Part shown: one piece after another, positions 10,714 to 20,492 of the stretch
Layout: each line of letters starts with the position of its first letter
Numbering within the stretch: position 1 is the stretch's first letter
Assembly: GCA_965203905.1 (NCBI GenBank)
Contig: CBDBDQ010000005.1
Span: 6,848,001 to 6,912,000, forward strand
Length of the DNA stretch: 64,000 nt
Direction of reading: 5' to 3'
Source: Spirochaetia bacterium
GTDB lineage: Bacteria > Spirochaetota > Spirochaetia > SZUA-6 > Bin103
Notes under the pieces: generated by a model
What the model saw: the letters and a program-made list of their open reading frames with translations, nothing else
Told to the model about the DNA's origin: nothing
Databases searched by the model: none
Program-made: the position numbers and the translations under genes

Positions 10714-12609
10714 CTAGTTCTTGAAAAACTGAGTGACGTAGGGACTCCTTAGCGTACCTACCTCAGCGAGACTCTCAGGTACATTTCCAAGCTGATTGGA
10801 AACCACGTAATAGGAGCCTAGAGCCGGTCGTCCAAGCATACCTATTACCCAGAAGTTCTCGGCCCATATTGCCAAGACTTCGTCCTCTAGAGCACGTCTT
10901 TGCGCAGGCTCCACTGTCGCGGGAAATATTCTGCCGATTTCTGACAATCGCTTCACTTGAGCCGGCGGTTCTTCTCCGGTTTCACCGTCAGATTTGAGCC
11001 AGTTCTCCCATGGTTTCGCCGAGAAGAACTCATCCCCCATCCCAGGAATGAAGTAACCACCTATCGGACTCGTTTTCCCCGTAGAGAAAGCATACATGAG
11101 CAGGTCGTAATCGCCGGATTTAATTTTCGCCACGGCCAACTCCACTGCGATAGGTCTAACTATCGCCTGGACACCCAGATCCTTCCAGTATCCTGGTATG
11201 AACTCTGAAATTGCCGCCGTGTTACCCCAGCCCCACTGGTTAATGGCGATCTGTATTCGTTTCCCATCCGAACGCAGACGATATCCTTCCGAGTCACGCG
11301 CGGTGAGGCCGATCCCGTCCAGGATCTCGTTTGCTCCGTCGGGATCGTACTCGGTGTAGGCTTTGGCATACTCTTCTCTATACCAGGGCGTTCCCTCAGG
11401 CATGGTTGCCTGCAAAACCTGACCAAACCCCTTATGAATTATCTGATTTATCTCATCTCTGTTTATGCCCATTGACAAGGCTATGCGGAAGTCCTTGTTG
11501 GAGAAGAGCTCTCGCTGTACAGGATCGTTATGAAGTATATTGAGGAACATGGCGCCATCGTTTGTTGCATCCGAATAACCAAATGCCACGCGGTAGTCTC
11601 CCGACGCCTGATTCTGTACTACGAGGGGATAGTTATCGACACCACCCAGCGCCTGGAAATCGGCGTCACCGGCGATACTCTTCAGTATACGTGCTTCCCC
11701 ATCACTCATGAGAATCCACTCAGACCTATCCATATAGGGAAGCTGATTTCCTTCAGTATCTACCTTCCAGAAATAGGGGTTCCGTTCCCAGATCTGCACG
11801 GGACTTCCCCAAGTCTGCTGGGGGATATAGGAATTCATGACTGGAAGATCAGAATTCCCGGCACGTTCGTCATACTTGGCCAAAAACAGATCTGACCAAG
11901 CACTGAAACCCTCTTTCTTTACCTGTTCATCTATCGTATCCCTCGGCGTATAGGCCGGATGAAATGTCTTTAGATGGTGTTCAGGGGCGAACAGTACGGG
12001 GTTCCAGGCATTTCCAACTCGGAGGGATACCCATCCAACATTGGCATTAGCGAAGCTAACAGTGAATCTATGGTCATCAATCCTGTCGAACTTCATCGTT
12101 TCATCACCGCTCTTGTAGAACCCAGGTACAAGCGGGGTGAGGGTTTCATTGGAGAATATATGCTCATACCAGAACATAACGTCATCCGTCGTAAACGGAG
12201 CGCCATCACTCCATTTCAGTCCTTCTCGCAGAGTAAAGGTGACGCTTGCGGCGTCGTCACTCCATTCCCAGCTCTCAGCTATGTTAGGCACACGAGTTTC
12301 ATATTCCCTCAGGTCGTTAGTGACTAAGGGCTCTTTGAAATATATCACCGTAAACCCAGTCTCGTTCATGGTGACTAAGTGGGTCCACGATCCTCCGTAT
12401 TGCCCAATCTCGTTTACGGGTGTCACTACCCGCGGGTTTAGCGGCAGTCTTTCTGCTACCGGGGGTAGCTCTCCTGCTGCCACCCTCTCCCTGAGCATAG
12501 GGGATTCGTTGTACTCTCCGTTCTGCCCAAAGAGCGGCATGCACAACAACAAACTGAAGAGCAAGACAATACCGAGAACCACGACGGGTCTCCTGTTTGA
12601 AGACTTCAT
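10714..12609 (-). CDS. ABC transporter substrate-binding protein, family 5
   Basis: Signal peptide; GELPPVAERLP, LKWSDGAPFTTDDV, RNPYFWKVDTEGNQLPYMD. Confidence 0.95.
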   Translation of the reverse strand: MKSSNRRPVVVLGIVLLFSLLLCMPLFGQNGEYNESPMLRERVAAGELPPVAERLPLNPRVVTPVNEIGQYGGSWTHLVTMNETGFTVIYFKEPLVTNDLREYETRVPNIAESWEWSDDAASVTFTLREGLKWSDGAPFTTDDVMFWYEHIFSNETLTPLVPGFYKSGDETMKFDRIDDHRFTVSFANANVGWVSLRVGNAWNPVLFAPEHHLKTFHPAYTPRDTIDEQVKKEGFSAWSDLFLAKYDERAGNSDLPVMNSYIPQQTWGSPVQIWERNPYFWKVDTEGNQLPYMDRSEWILMSDGEARILKSIAGDADFQALGGVDNYPLVVQNQASGDYRVAFGYSDATNDGAMFLNILHNDPVQRELFSNKDFRIALSMGINRDEINQIIHKGFGQVLQATMPEGTPWYREEYAKAYTEYDPDGANEILDGIGLTARDSEGYRLRSDGKRIQIAINQWGWGNTAAISEFIPGYWKDLGVQAIVRPIAVELAVAKIKSGDYDLLMYAFSTGKTSPIGGYFIPGMGDEFFSAKPWENWLKSDGETGEEPPAQVKRLSEIGRIFPATVEPAQRRALEDEVLAIWAENFWVIGMLGRPALGSYYVVSNQLGNVPESLAEVGTLRSPYVTQFFKN

Positions 12610-13243
12610 AGAGTCCTCCTTCATAAACGAATTCTCAATTATCCGGATCTTCCTTATTGGGGAAGCCGCCCGAACAATCTCCGACCAGAATTAACAAACC
12701 TCCTTTGCGATAATCTCTACGAGGGTGTCTGAGTCCTGAGGGAACTGCAAAGGAGTGCGAAGCGAGCTCCGTGAGCATGATGGGGAGTTGTCGGTGCGCT
12801 GTCCGCGGTGAAGGTGACACCGGACCTTGGTGATGTGCCCGGGCAGCTCATAGACCTGCCAGAACTCTTCGGCATGAGTGCGGCTACCCCGTTCGACTGA
12901 GGCGGTGAGCTTGGGACTACTAACGCTGGCTGAGTGGGCGCGCACGTTGCCGTGGCGGCAGGTGGCGAAGCTATTTGGCTGCGCGTGGGGACGGTAGCTA
13001 CCGCGGTCGCCGGAGTGGTCGCCTACGGGCTTGCCCACCGCGAATTGGGCGAGCTCACCCCTGTGGGCACGACGAACAGAATCAGAAGCTTTCTCATTAT
13101 CTATCCTCCTCAGCCTGCGATGGAATGGGAGAGGATGCAGGGCTCCTCACCATTTGTCAAGGGCGCTTGCCGGACCGCAGGACCTCGATGATCGGTATCT
13201 GCCAGGCCCCCGGCGAGTTGCGGTACGCAACTACCCTCCGCGA

Positions 13244-13487
13244 TCATCGCCCAGCGTGATCGGCACAATAGGTGAAGTGGTGGACCGTGAGCCCCGTGAC
13301 GCGGTCGAAATGGCGCGCATCCCCGGTGACGATCGCGTCAGCTCGGGACAGCGCGGTTGCGGCAATGAGCAGGTCCGATGTCTGGATCCTCTGTCCCTCC
13401 GCAGTCAGTTGCGCATCGAACTGTCCGAACACGCGCGCTGTGGCGAGGGTCACGGGGAGCACCGGAATCGCCGTCAGCAGCGCCTCG
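13244..13487 (-). pseudogene. VapC/PIN toxin, C-terminal fragment
   Basis: DLLIAATAL...IVTGDARHFDRVTGL; N-terminus missing; ~90% identical by eye to 18565-18781. Confidence 0.75.
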
Positions 13488-13560
13488 GCTACTGGCCGAC
13501 CGGGCCGGCTCGGGGGCGCTCGGGTCGCCACGGCGCGGCCCGTTGGTATATGCTTGGCAT

Positions 13561-13827
13561 ATGCCGAACCGCAAAGCCTCCACTCAGCCGCAGGGCCCGC
13601 GCCGCGCCAGGCTGTTTCGAAACGGTCGCAATCAAGCGTTGCGGATTCCACGCGAGCTGGAGTTCCCGGGTGACGAGGTCATTCTGCACAAGGAAGACGA
13701 CCGTCTGATCGTCGAGCCCGTCGCGCGGCGGCGTTCTCTTGCCGAGATCCTCCCTGAACTCAAGCCGCTCAACGAAGACGTTCCGGAAGCCGCTGACCCT
13801 CCTGCACAACCAGAGGACGTGTTCTAA
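13561..13827 (+). CDS. vapB: VapB/AbrB-type antitoxin
   Basis: ARLFRNGRNQALRIPRELEF motif; directly upstream of a PIN toxin. Confidence 0.9.
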   Translation: MPNRKASTQPQGPRRARLFRNGRNQALRIPRELEFPGDEVILHKEDDRLIVEPVARRRSLAEILPELKPLNEDVPEAADPPAQPEDVF

Positions 13828-13829
13828 GG

Positions 13830-14243
13830 ATGCCGGAGGTGCGCTACCTGCTGGACACCAACATCGTTTCCGCGGTCGTGCGAGACCCGGGCGGCACACT
13901 CGCGAAACGGCTGTCGGCGATGCCCCGGAGCGAGTTCGGGATCAGCATCATCGTCACCTGCGAGCTACGCTACGATGTGGCCCGCAAAGGCTCTGCACGC
14001 CTGTCGTCACAGCTGGAGGCGGTGCTGGAAGGAGTCGACATCCTGCCGCTCGAGGAGCACGCCGACCGGCACTACGGCGAGATACGCACAGAGTTGGAGC
14101 GCATCGGTCGTCCCATTGGCCACAACGACCTGCTGATCGCCGCTCACGCCCGGGCTCTGGAGGCGACGCTGGTCACCCACAACACCGACGAGTTCGCCCG
14201 CGTGCCGGGACTCGCCATCGAGAATTGGCTGGCGGACACGTGA
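13830..14243 (+). CDS. vapC: VapC PIN-domain toxin
   Basis: YLLDTNIVS, NDLLIAAHA, LVTHNTDEFARVPGL. Confidence 0.93.
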   Translation: MPEVRYLLDTNIVSAVVRDPGGTLAKRLSAMPRSEFGISIIVTCELRYDVARKGSARLSSQLEAVLEGVDILPLEEHADRHYGEIRTELERIGRPIGHNDLLIAAHARALEATLVTHNTDEFARVPGLAIENWLADT

Positions 14244-14311
14244 CCCAGGAGGGACTCGTAAGCGCATTCTGCGCAGTGCGGTGGCGCGACCAGCGCTGAT
14301 ACGCCCATTTT

Positions 14312-15290
14312 CTATGGCGCGGTCCGGCTGCCGTCTACCTTGCGGGTGGCGTCGGCGGGCGCCGCGTCGTGTGCCAGGTCGGCGTCGGTGGTGCCGTCGC
14401 CGGCGTGCTTGATGGTTCCTCCATTGAGAGCGAGCGCGTTGGCCGGAATGCCGACCCCCTCCTTATCGCGGTCCTTCGCCTCCACGAAGTAGTCGAAGGA
14501 CAGCACGTCCTTGTCGATAATCGTGCCACCATCAGCCGTGACCATGACGCTGAACCCGGAGTAGTCCGCGTGCCTTGTGTGGCCGCCGATGGTCAGTGCC
14601 ACCCGCGGACTGCCGGTCACGGTCACCTCCTTGTCGAACTCTACCCACACCCGAATCCTGTCGCCGCGAACGTAGGTGTCGCCGGTCGGGGGCGGAACGT
14701 GGTTGTCGAGGTAGATGGCGGTCAGCGCGGGGGAGGTGACCAGGCCGCCGCGCAACTTGAAGACCGGGGCGCCGGGCACCGCCCGATGCGTCAGATCGGC
14801 GTCAGTTGCGCCGCCAACAGACGTGATCGTTCCGCCATTGAGCGCGTTGGCCGGGATGCCGATCCCGCGCTCATCACGATTACTCTCCTGCACCGCGTAG
14901 CTGAAGTGTAGGTACCGGTCGTCCCAGGACCACGGTGAGTAGGCCGCGTATCGGGTCTAGGCACCGATGGTCAGTGCAACCCGCGGACTGCCGGTCACCG
15001 TCACCACCCGGTCGAACTCCACGAACAACTCGATCGTCTCCCCCAGTTCGTAGGTGTCACCGCGCGCGGGAGAGGAGACGAAGTGGATGTCGGTCACACC
15101 CGGTGGCGTGATCAGGCTGCCGTCCACCATGCGGCCGTGCCCGCCAGCCAGCGCGTCGTGTCTCAGGCCGCCGTCGGTGATGCCGTCGATTGCGTAACAG
15201 TCCTGCCGTTCAGCACGACGGCCTTAGCCGAGATGTCGATGCCGTCCACATCCCGGTCACCTTTCTGCACGGAGTACTCAAAAACAGACG
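14312..15290 (-). pseudogene. decayed repeat surface protein, 3' part (paralog of 40549-47407)
   Basis: ARGDTYELGE / VTGSPRVALTIG / GIPANAL repeats, with an internal stop near 14958 and a frameshift. Confidence 0.8.
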
Positions 15291-15502
15291 ATAGTACACA
15301 TGCTGACCGAGCAACTCACGCTGTGGTACGGGTTTATGCGGACTGATGAAGGCACGGTCAAACCCAATCGTTCGAGGGCTTGGACCGAGTGCACCCCCTT
15401 GTGGGTATACTGCTTTTATGCGCGGTCTTAATCTTCAACGAACTACAAGGGATACACTTGTATCATTGGTATCATTCGACACATTCGTAACACCAAGTCC
15501 GT

Positions 15503-16897
15503 ATGTCAGTTAACACTTCGGGCAACTTCTCTCTCTCTGTTTCTGATTTTGGTCCGATTCGACGTGCTGAGATTGATCTGCGTCCACTTACCGTATTCGT
15601 CGGCCCTAGCAATACGGGCAAGTCTTATCTAGCTATGTTGATTTATTCTCTTCATCAGTGTTTAGGAGAGTACCAGCGCCAATACACAACCCATTTCTTT
15701 GGACCTGTCGTGAACATGATTGATAACGTCGAGAACCTCTCCGAAACAGTGTACCCGCTACGCTTCAATAAGCGGCGCTTTAGCGAAGACAGTCCAGGTT
15801 ATCGTGAGGTTATAAAAACACTTGAGGACCTGCCCGGAGCCGCTCATTATCTTACTGATGAAATTTGTCGGGGGTTTGGTCGTCCAACGTATACTTCGTT
15901 GATTCGCTCCGGTGTCGATAGTTGTAGCGTTGGTGTTAACTTTGACTCCATAAAACACACTTTTTGCTGGGACAGTCGGGGAAACCTAAGCACAAAAGGC
16001 AAACTAAATGAGTTCCCTAGCACCTACTCGATGGTGACCAGCAGGTCTGATATACCGATTAATGAAGCTCCTATGCAGTTTCTATCCGATTTTCTGGATA
16101 GTTTGTACTATTCCCTATCCGTCCCTTTGCAGCGTAGAACTTTCTATTTGCCCGCCGATAGAGCAGGCTTCATGTTGAATCAATACCTAGTGTATGACAC
16201 TCTACTGACAAGAGAGAGTATGGCTAGGAGAAAAAGGCGTGCGGCAGAGCTATCGCCATCTATGACTGGTGTGGCCAGTGACTTCCTCAGAGATCTGCAG
16301 GTCCTTAAAGGTGATATTGGTACACTTGCTGACTCCATAGCGGGCCTTTTGCCCGGCGATTTGATAAGGAGACGGAGCCACAGAACTGAGCCGTCTCGTT
16401 TCTTTTTCAAGTTTTCAGAAAAAGAAAGGCCACTTCCTCTTATTCATGTTTCCTCTATGGTATTGGAATTAGCTCCGGTCATTATCCATTTGCGGTATCT
16501 AGTCAAGGAAGGCGACGTGATGATCGTGGAGGAGCCTGAGTCACACCTACACCCGGCTATGCAGGTACGATTCGCCCGTGAGTTAGTACATATAGTAAAT
16601 CGAGGCGTGAGAGTAATTATTACTACACACAGTCCACTGTTTCTTGACGTTATCGCGAATCAAGTCGGATTGTCTGGCATCGATAGAGAGCGGCGGCCAA
16701 AGGTGGCGGGACGCGGACAGTCAATTTCCAGAGGGAATGTCGGTGCGTGGTTGTTCGACCCCGAAGATGATGGCGGTTCAGTTGTGAGGGAAATACTGTT
16801 AGACTCGGATACCGGTACATACCCCGCTCAGTTTGACGAGGTTAGTGAACGTCTGTATGGAGATTGGGTCCGAATAGCCAGAAAACTAAACAAGTAG
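15503..16897 (+). CDS. AAA_15/AAA_21-type ABC ATPase (defence-associated type)
   Basis: Walker A GPSNTGKS, Walker B/D-loop IVEEPESHLHP, H-loop IITTHS; much lower GC than the flanks. Confidence 0.88.
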   Translation: MSVNTSGNFSLSVSDFGPIRRAEIDLRPLTVFVGPSNTGKSYLAMLIYSLHQCLGEYQRQYTTHFFGPVVNMIDNVENLSETVYPLRFNKRRFSEDSPGYREVIKTLEDLPGAAHYLTDEICRGFGRPTYTSLIRSGVDSCSVGVNFDSIKHTFCWDSRGNLSTKGKLNEFPSTYSMVTSRSDIPINEAPMQFLSDFLDSLYYSLSVPLQRRTFYLPADRAGFMLNQYLVYDTLLTRESMARRKRRAAELSPSMTGVASDFLRDLQVLKGDIGTLADSIAGLLPGDLIRRRSHRTEPSRFFFKFSEKERPLPLIHVSSMVLELAPVIIHLRYLVKEGDVMIVEEPESHLHPAMQVRFARELVHIVNRGVRVIITTHSPLFLDVIANQVGLSGIDRERRPKVAGRGQSISRGNVGAWLFDPEDDGGSVVREILLDSDTGTYPAQFDEVSERLYGDWVRIARKLNK

Positions 16898-16910
16898 GTC
16901 TTCCCAAAAT

Positions 16911-17375
16911 ATGTGTAGTGCAATTGATAGGATCCGGAGCAGAATCCCGCAGGGATGCGTGGTGGAGGTCATACATAAGGATTGCTGTTGTATCGGTTTG
17001 ACAGGTGCTCCGAATTTGATGTTGATCGTGGACATGGACAAGTGCCCATCAGAAGCGCGGTCCAAGAAGTGCGACTACGTGGTTTATGTAGAGAAAACCA
17101 AGGAGAGTGTTGATGTGCTCGTGATCGAAATGACTACGGCAGCGCTATCCAAGAACAAGGTACTTCCACAGTTGAGAGCAGGTGCAAAGTTCGCGGCATC
17201 TAAACTGAAGGGCGTTTCTATCAAAGAGTTCATACCTATAGCCGTATCTGCCAAAAGGACTCGGCGCGCAGTGAGCCAGCAGTTCAAGAACGAAACGATA
17301 GACTTGCGAGGGAAACGTCGTTTGATTCAACCTGAGCGTTGTTGTGCTCTGTTGATTGACATATTGGACGAGTAG
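16911..17375 (+). CDS. hypothetical partner of the ATPase, possibly a degenerate PD-(D/E)xK fold
   Basis: 154-aa ORF 13 bp downstream of the ATPase; KKCDYVV...VLVIEMT; Cys-rich; low GC. Confidence 0.65.
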   Translation: MCSAIDRIRSRIPQGCVVEVIHKDCCCIGLTGAPNLMLIVDMDKCPSEARSKKCDYVVYVEKTKESVDVLVIEMTTAALSKNKVLPQLRAGAKFAASKLKGVSIKEFIPIAVSAKRTRRAVSQQFKNETIDLRGKRRLIQPERCCALLIDILDE

Positions 17376-17645
17376 ATCCTGGAAAGACGACCGCCAAGTT
17401 GGACACTAATCATTGGCAGGATTCGGATTTCCCGGCTATTAAACACACCGACGGTCCACATAGTATGACGATGCTCCAACTACCCTCCTCCGCCTTCGAA
17501 TCACTCACGAATACAGACTGAACTACAAACGAATGGTCCAGGTTGACGTATACGCAAAATAAAGTGCCCTGAGACGCACCTAAGCTAAGGCTAAAAGCTA
17601 AAGCCTTCGATGTCGATATCACGTATCTTGCTCATCACTGTGCAA

Positions 17646-17812
17646 GTCCCAATCAACGCAACCTGGGGTTTGCCAGTCGCCTCAACCGCCCGGTCGAACT
17701 CGACTCCCACTTCCGTCGTCTCACCTAACTCGTAGGTGTCACCCTGCGCCGGAGCGTACGCGAACCGGATCTCGCGCACTCGCGGCGGCGTGACATCGCT
17801 GCTGCTCACCTT
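17646..17812 (-). pseudogene. decayed repeat surface protein, 5' fragment
   Basis: SDVTPPRVREIRFAYAPAQGDTYELGETTEVGVEFDRAVEATGKPQVALIGT. Confidence 0.8.
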
Positions 17813-17872
17813 GCTCGGCCGGCTGGGCTGATGCGGATCAACCGCTCCGGCGGCTCAGTTCTTGATGGGACA

Positions 17873-18500
17873 TCAGTTCTTGAAGAACCACTGTTCGCCA
17901 CCGTCGAGCACGGTGATGTTGTAGAAGTCCTTGGCGATACCGATGTTGCCGAGCCGGCGGGAGTGCACCAGGGGCGAAGGAACGTCCACCGCCACGCCGA
18001 TCACCCACAGGTGCTCGGCCTGAATCTCGAACACCTCGCGGCTGGCGGCCAGGCGCTCCTCCGCGGACGGGGTGGACTGGATGATGTCGCGCAGCTCGTA
18101 CACCCGCTTGCCCGCTTCGGTCGGCTCGACACCCTCGGCGCCGCCGGCCTGGTACCAGCGCCACCAGGTGGGCGTGGTGGTGCGACGCTGGCGCTGCCCA
18201 GGCCCCAGGTAGTGAGCACGTGCTCATTGGCCTGGAACGCCGTCCACCAGGCGCCGCCCTCCATCACCTTGGTCGGCACGTCGATGCCGATCGCCTTCCA
18301 GTACTGCGACGCCAGCTCGGAACCCGGCGTGACCGACGGAAACACCTCGTAGTAGGTCAGCGGGATGGTCAGCCGCTCGCCGTCGGGGCGCAGACGGATT
18401 CGTTGTTGGCATCCCACTCCAGGCCCATCGCATCGAGCAGGGCGTTGGCCTGGTCGGGATCGTAGGCGGCGCAGGAATCCTCCAGATCCTGGCTGAACAT
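17873..18500 (-). pseudogene. family-5 SBP C-terminal remnant, frameshifted
   Basis: Fragments YDPDQANALLDAMGL, LRPDGERL, YWKAIGID, HLWVIG and EQWFFKN in different frames. Confidence 0.8.
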
Positions 18501-18564
18501 CGGGTTGCCGCGTACCGGCGCCACCTGCGCGGGACGGCCGAAGCCCAGGCCTGCTCCCCTGTTT

Positions 18565-18860
18565 GGTGAAGTGGTGCACCGTGAGCCCGGTGACGCGGTC
18601 GAAGTGGCGCGCATCCCCGGTGACGATCGCGTCGCCTCGGGACAGCGCGGTTGCGGCAATGAGCAGGTCCGATGTCGGGATTCTCTGTCCCTCCGCAGTC
18701 AGTTGCGCATCGATCTGCCCGACCACGCGAGCCGTGGCGAGGGTGACGGGGAGCACCGGAACCGCCGCCGGCAGCGCCTCGACGAATTCTTCTCGTCTTG
18801 CTCGCCGCGACGGATGGTCGGCGCGCCAGTATCCGTGAAGCAACTCCGCTGCGCTACCCG
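18565..18860 (-). pseudogene. VapC/PIN toxin remnant
   Basis: AAELLHG...DLLIAATAL...HFDRVTGL; no LDT N-terminus; reads through into the SBP remnant. Confidence 0.75.
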
Positions 18861-19007
18861 AAGTGGCGGCCACCGTGCACTGCCCAATGCGCCGTTTTCG
18901 TGGTGTTCCGTGTCACGGATTGACCGTGGTGACTGGTCCGAAAATGGCGGCCACCGTGCGCTGCCCCATGCGCCGTTTTCATGGTCTTCCATATCACGGA
19001 GTGACCG
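18861..19007. repeat. imperfect direct repeat, two ~66-bp copies, period 81 bp
   Basis: AAGTGGCGGCCACCGTGCACTGCCCAATGCGCCGTTTTC (18861) vs AAATGGCGGCCACCGTGCGCTGCCCCATGCGCCGTTTTC (18942). Confidence 0.85.
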
Positions 19008-19209
19008 GGGAGCGATTGCGAAGATGTGCGATGCACTCCGAGGCGCGCCGTGGGGCAACCGGAGGAGGTGCCACGATGCATACGTATACGTCCTTACCCC
19101 GGCGATGGACGAGAAAACGGCCACCCTCCGACTCGATCCGGTCGAGGAGCTTCGCGAACGAGCGGCTCGCCTCGGTTGCAGATATCCGATAATCTGATTT
19201 TTCCACCAT
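18994..19209 (-). pseudogene. Phd/YefM-like antitoxin, truncated
   Basis: ISATEASRSFAKLLDRIESEGGRFLVHRRGK; upstream of the PIN remnant. Confidence 0.7.
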
Positions 19210-19523
19210 AGATCTGATTCTATCGTCATCGGAGCGATTGTACTTCCACACGGTCACCTGGTGCACCCGCCGGAGTTGGTCGAGTTGGTCGGGTCCCGTT
19301 GCCCGGTAGGCCCGCATCGCAACTCGCCGACACCATCGGCGCCCCGACGCTGCGCCGGTTCTGGACCAAGCCGGCGCCCAATCATGGCACGGTCCGTCCG
19401 ATGAACAACACTGGATTCGCTTCGAGAACTTTGGCCTTAAGCGACTGGCGTAGCCCGCGCACTGTATACGAGGAAGGTCACCTACCGGAAACGGTGGTAG
19501 CGCTGCCGCCAAGTGCGTGGTGC

Positions 19524-20327
19524 TCAGAGCTTGGCGGCCACTCCCCCGTCGATATTGATCGTCTCGCCGGTGATGAAGCGCGACTGCTCGGATGCCAGGA
19601 ACAGCGCGAGGTTGGCCACATCCTTCGGATAGCCGGGCCCCTTCACGATCTGAGCGAAGTCGAACATGGCTTCGAACACGTGGTGGCCGCCATCGGCATC
19701 GTTGATGGTGCCGCGCGTGGCACCGGGAGTCATTATCTGGCCGGGACGAATGCCGTTGACGCGGATGTTGCGCCTGCCGCCGACACCGGCCATGAAGCGG
19801 GTGAGCGCATCGACGCCCGCCTTGGCGGCGTAGTAGGAGCAGGAGGCAACTCCGAACTCATCCAGCATCCTTGGGCTGAACCCGCGCTGGGCCGCCAGCG
19901 ATGACATGTTGACCACTGCGCCGCCGCCGGCACTGATGAGGTGTGGCCAGACCGAGCGACTCATGTAGAAGGTGCCCATCAGGTTCAGGTGGACCACGCG
20001 ACTGAACTCCTCGGTCGACTCATCCGGGAACGTGCCACGGCCGCCACCGCCGGCGTTGTTGATGAGGATATTGACGGCCCCGTAGGTCTTTGCAGCCGCG
20101 GCTACGGCCGCCTCGACGGAGGCCACCGCTGACACGTCACAAGCGATGAATGTGGCGATGCCACCCTCCTCTCGTATGCGGGCCGCGACCGCACGGCCTT
20201 GCTGTTCTCCGCGCGCCATCAGGATGACCTTCGCGCCCTCGGCGGCAAACGCCCGCCCAATTCCCTCGCCGATGCCGCTGTTGCCGCCGGTGATGATCGC
20301 GACCTTGCCGCTCAGTGTGTCTGCCAT
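19524..20327 (-). CDS. SDR family oxidoreductase
   Basis: TGGNSGIG, NNAG, YYAAK, IRVNGIRPG, ITGETINIDGG. Confidence 0.93.
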   Translation of the reverse strand: MADTLSGKVAIITGGNSGIGEGIGRAFAAEGAKVILMARGEQQGRAVAARIREEGGIATFIACDVSAVASVEAAVAAAAKTYGAVNILINNAGGGGRGTFPDESTEEFSRVVHLNLMGTFYMSRSVWPHLISAGGGAVVNMSSLAAQRGFSPRMLDEFGVASCSYYAAKAGVDALTRFMAGVGGRRNIRVNGIRPGQIMTPGATRGTINDADGGHHVFEAMFDFAQIVKGPGYPKDVANLALFLASEQSRFITGETINIDGGVAAKL

Positions 20328-20492
20328 CTGCGCATGTTGCCGCGTAAGGCCGCAAGAGGAAACCTCCCCCGATGTCCCCCGATGGCGCGGCTCGCGCCTC
20401 CACGAGCCGCCGTTCGTGGTCCGTCAGCCAGAGGTGGTTGCCGTCGCCCCACCCATCCTGGAATCCCTTGCGTTCATTGCTCTCTTGAAATA

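Noticed and set aside
12691-13240. Short ORFs (e.g. EEFWQVYELP) as a ParE-like toxin remnant
   Set aside because: The similarity is too short and weak to support.
15290-17650. Terminal inverted repeats on the low-GC cassette
   Set aside because: Only a weak gapped resemblance (CACA..TGA..GAGCAA) and no TSD.
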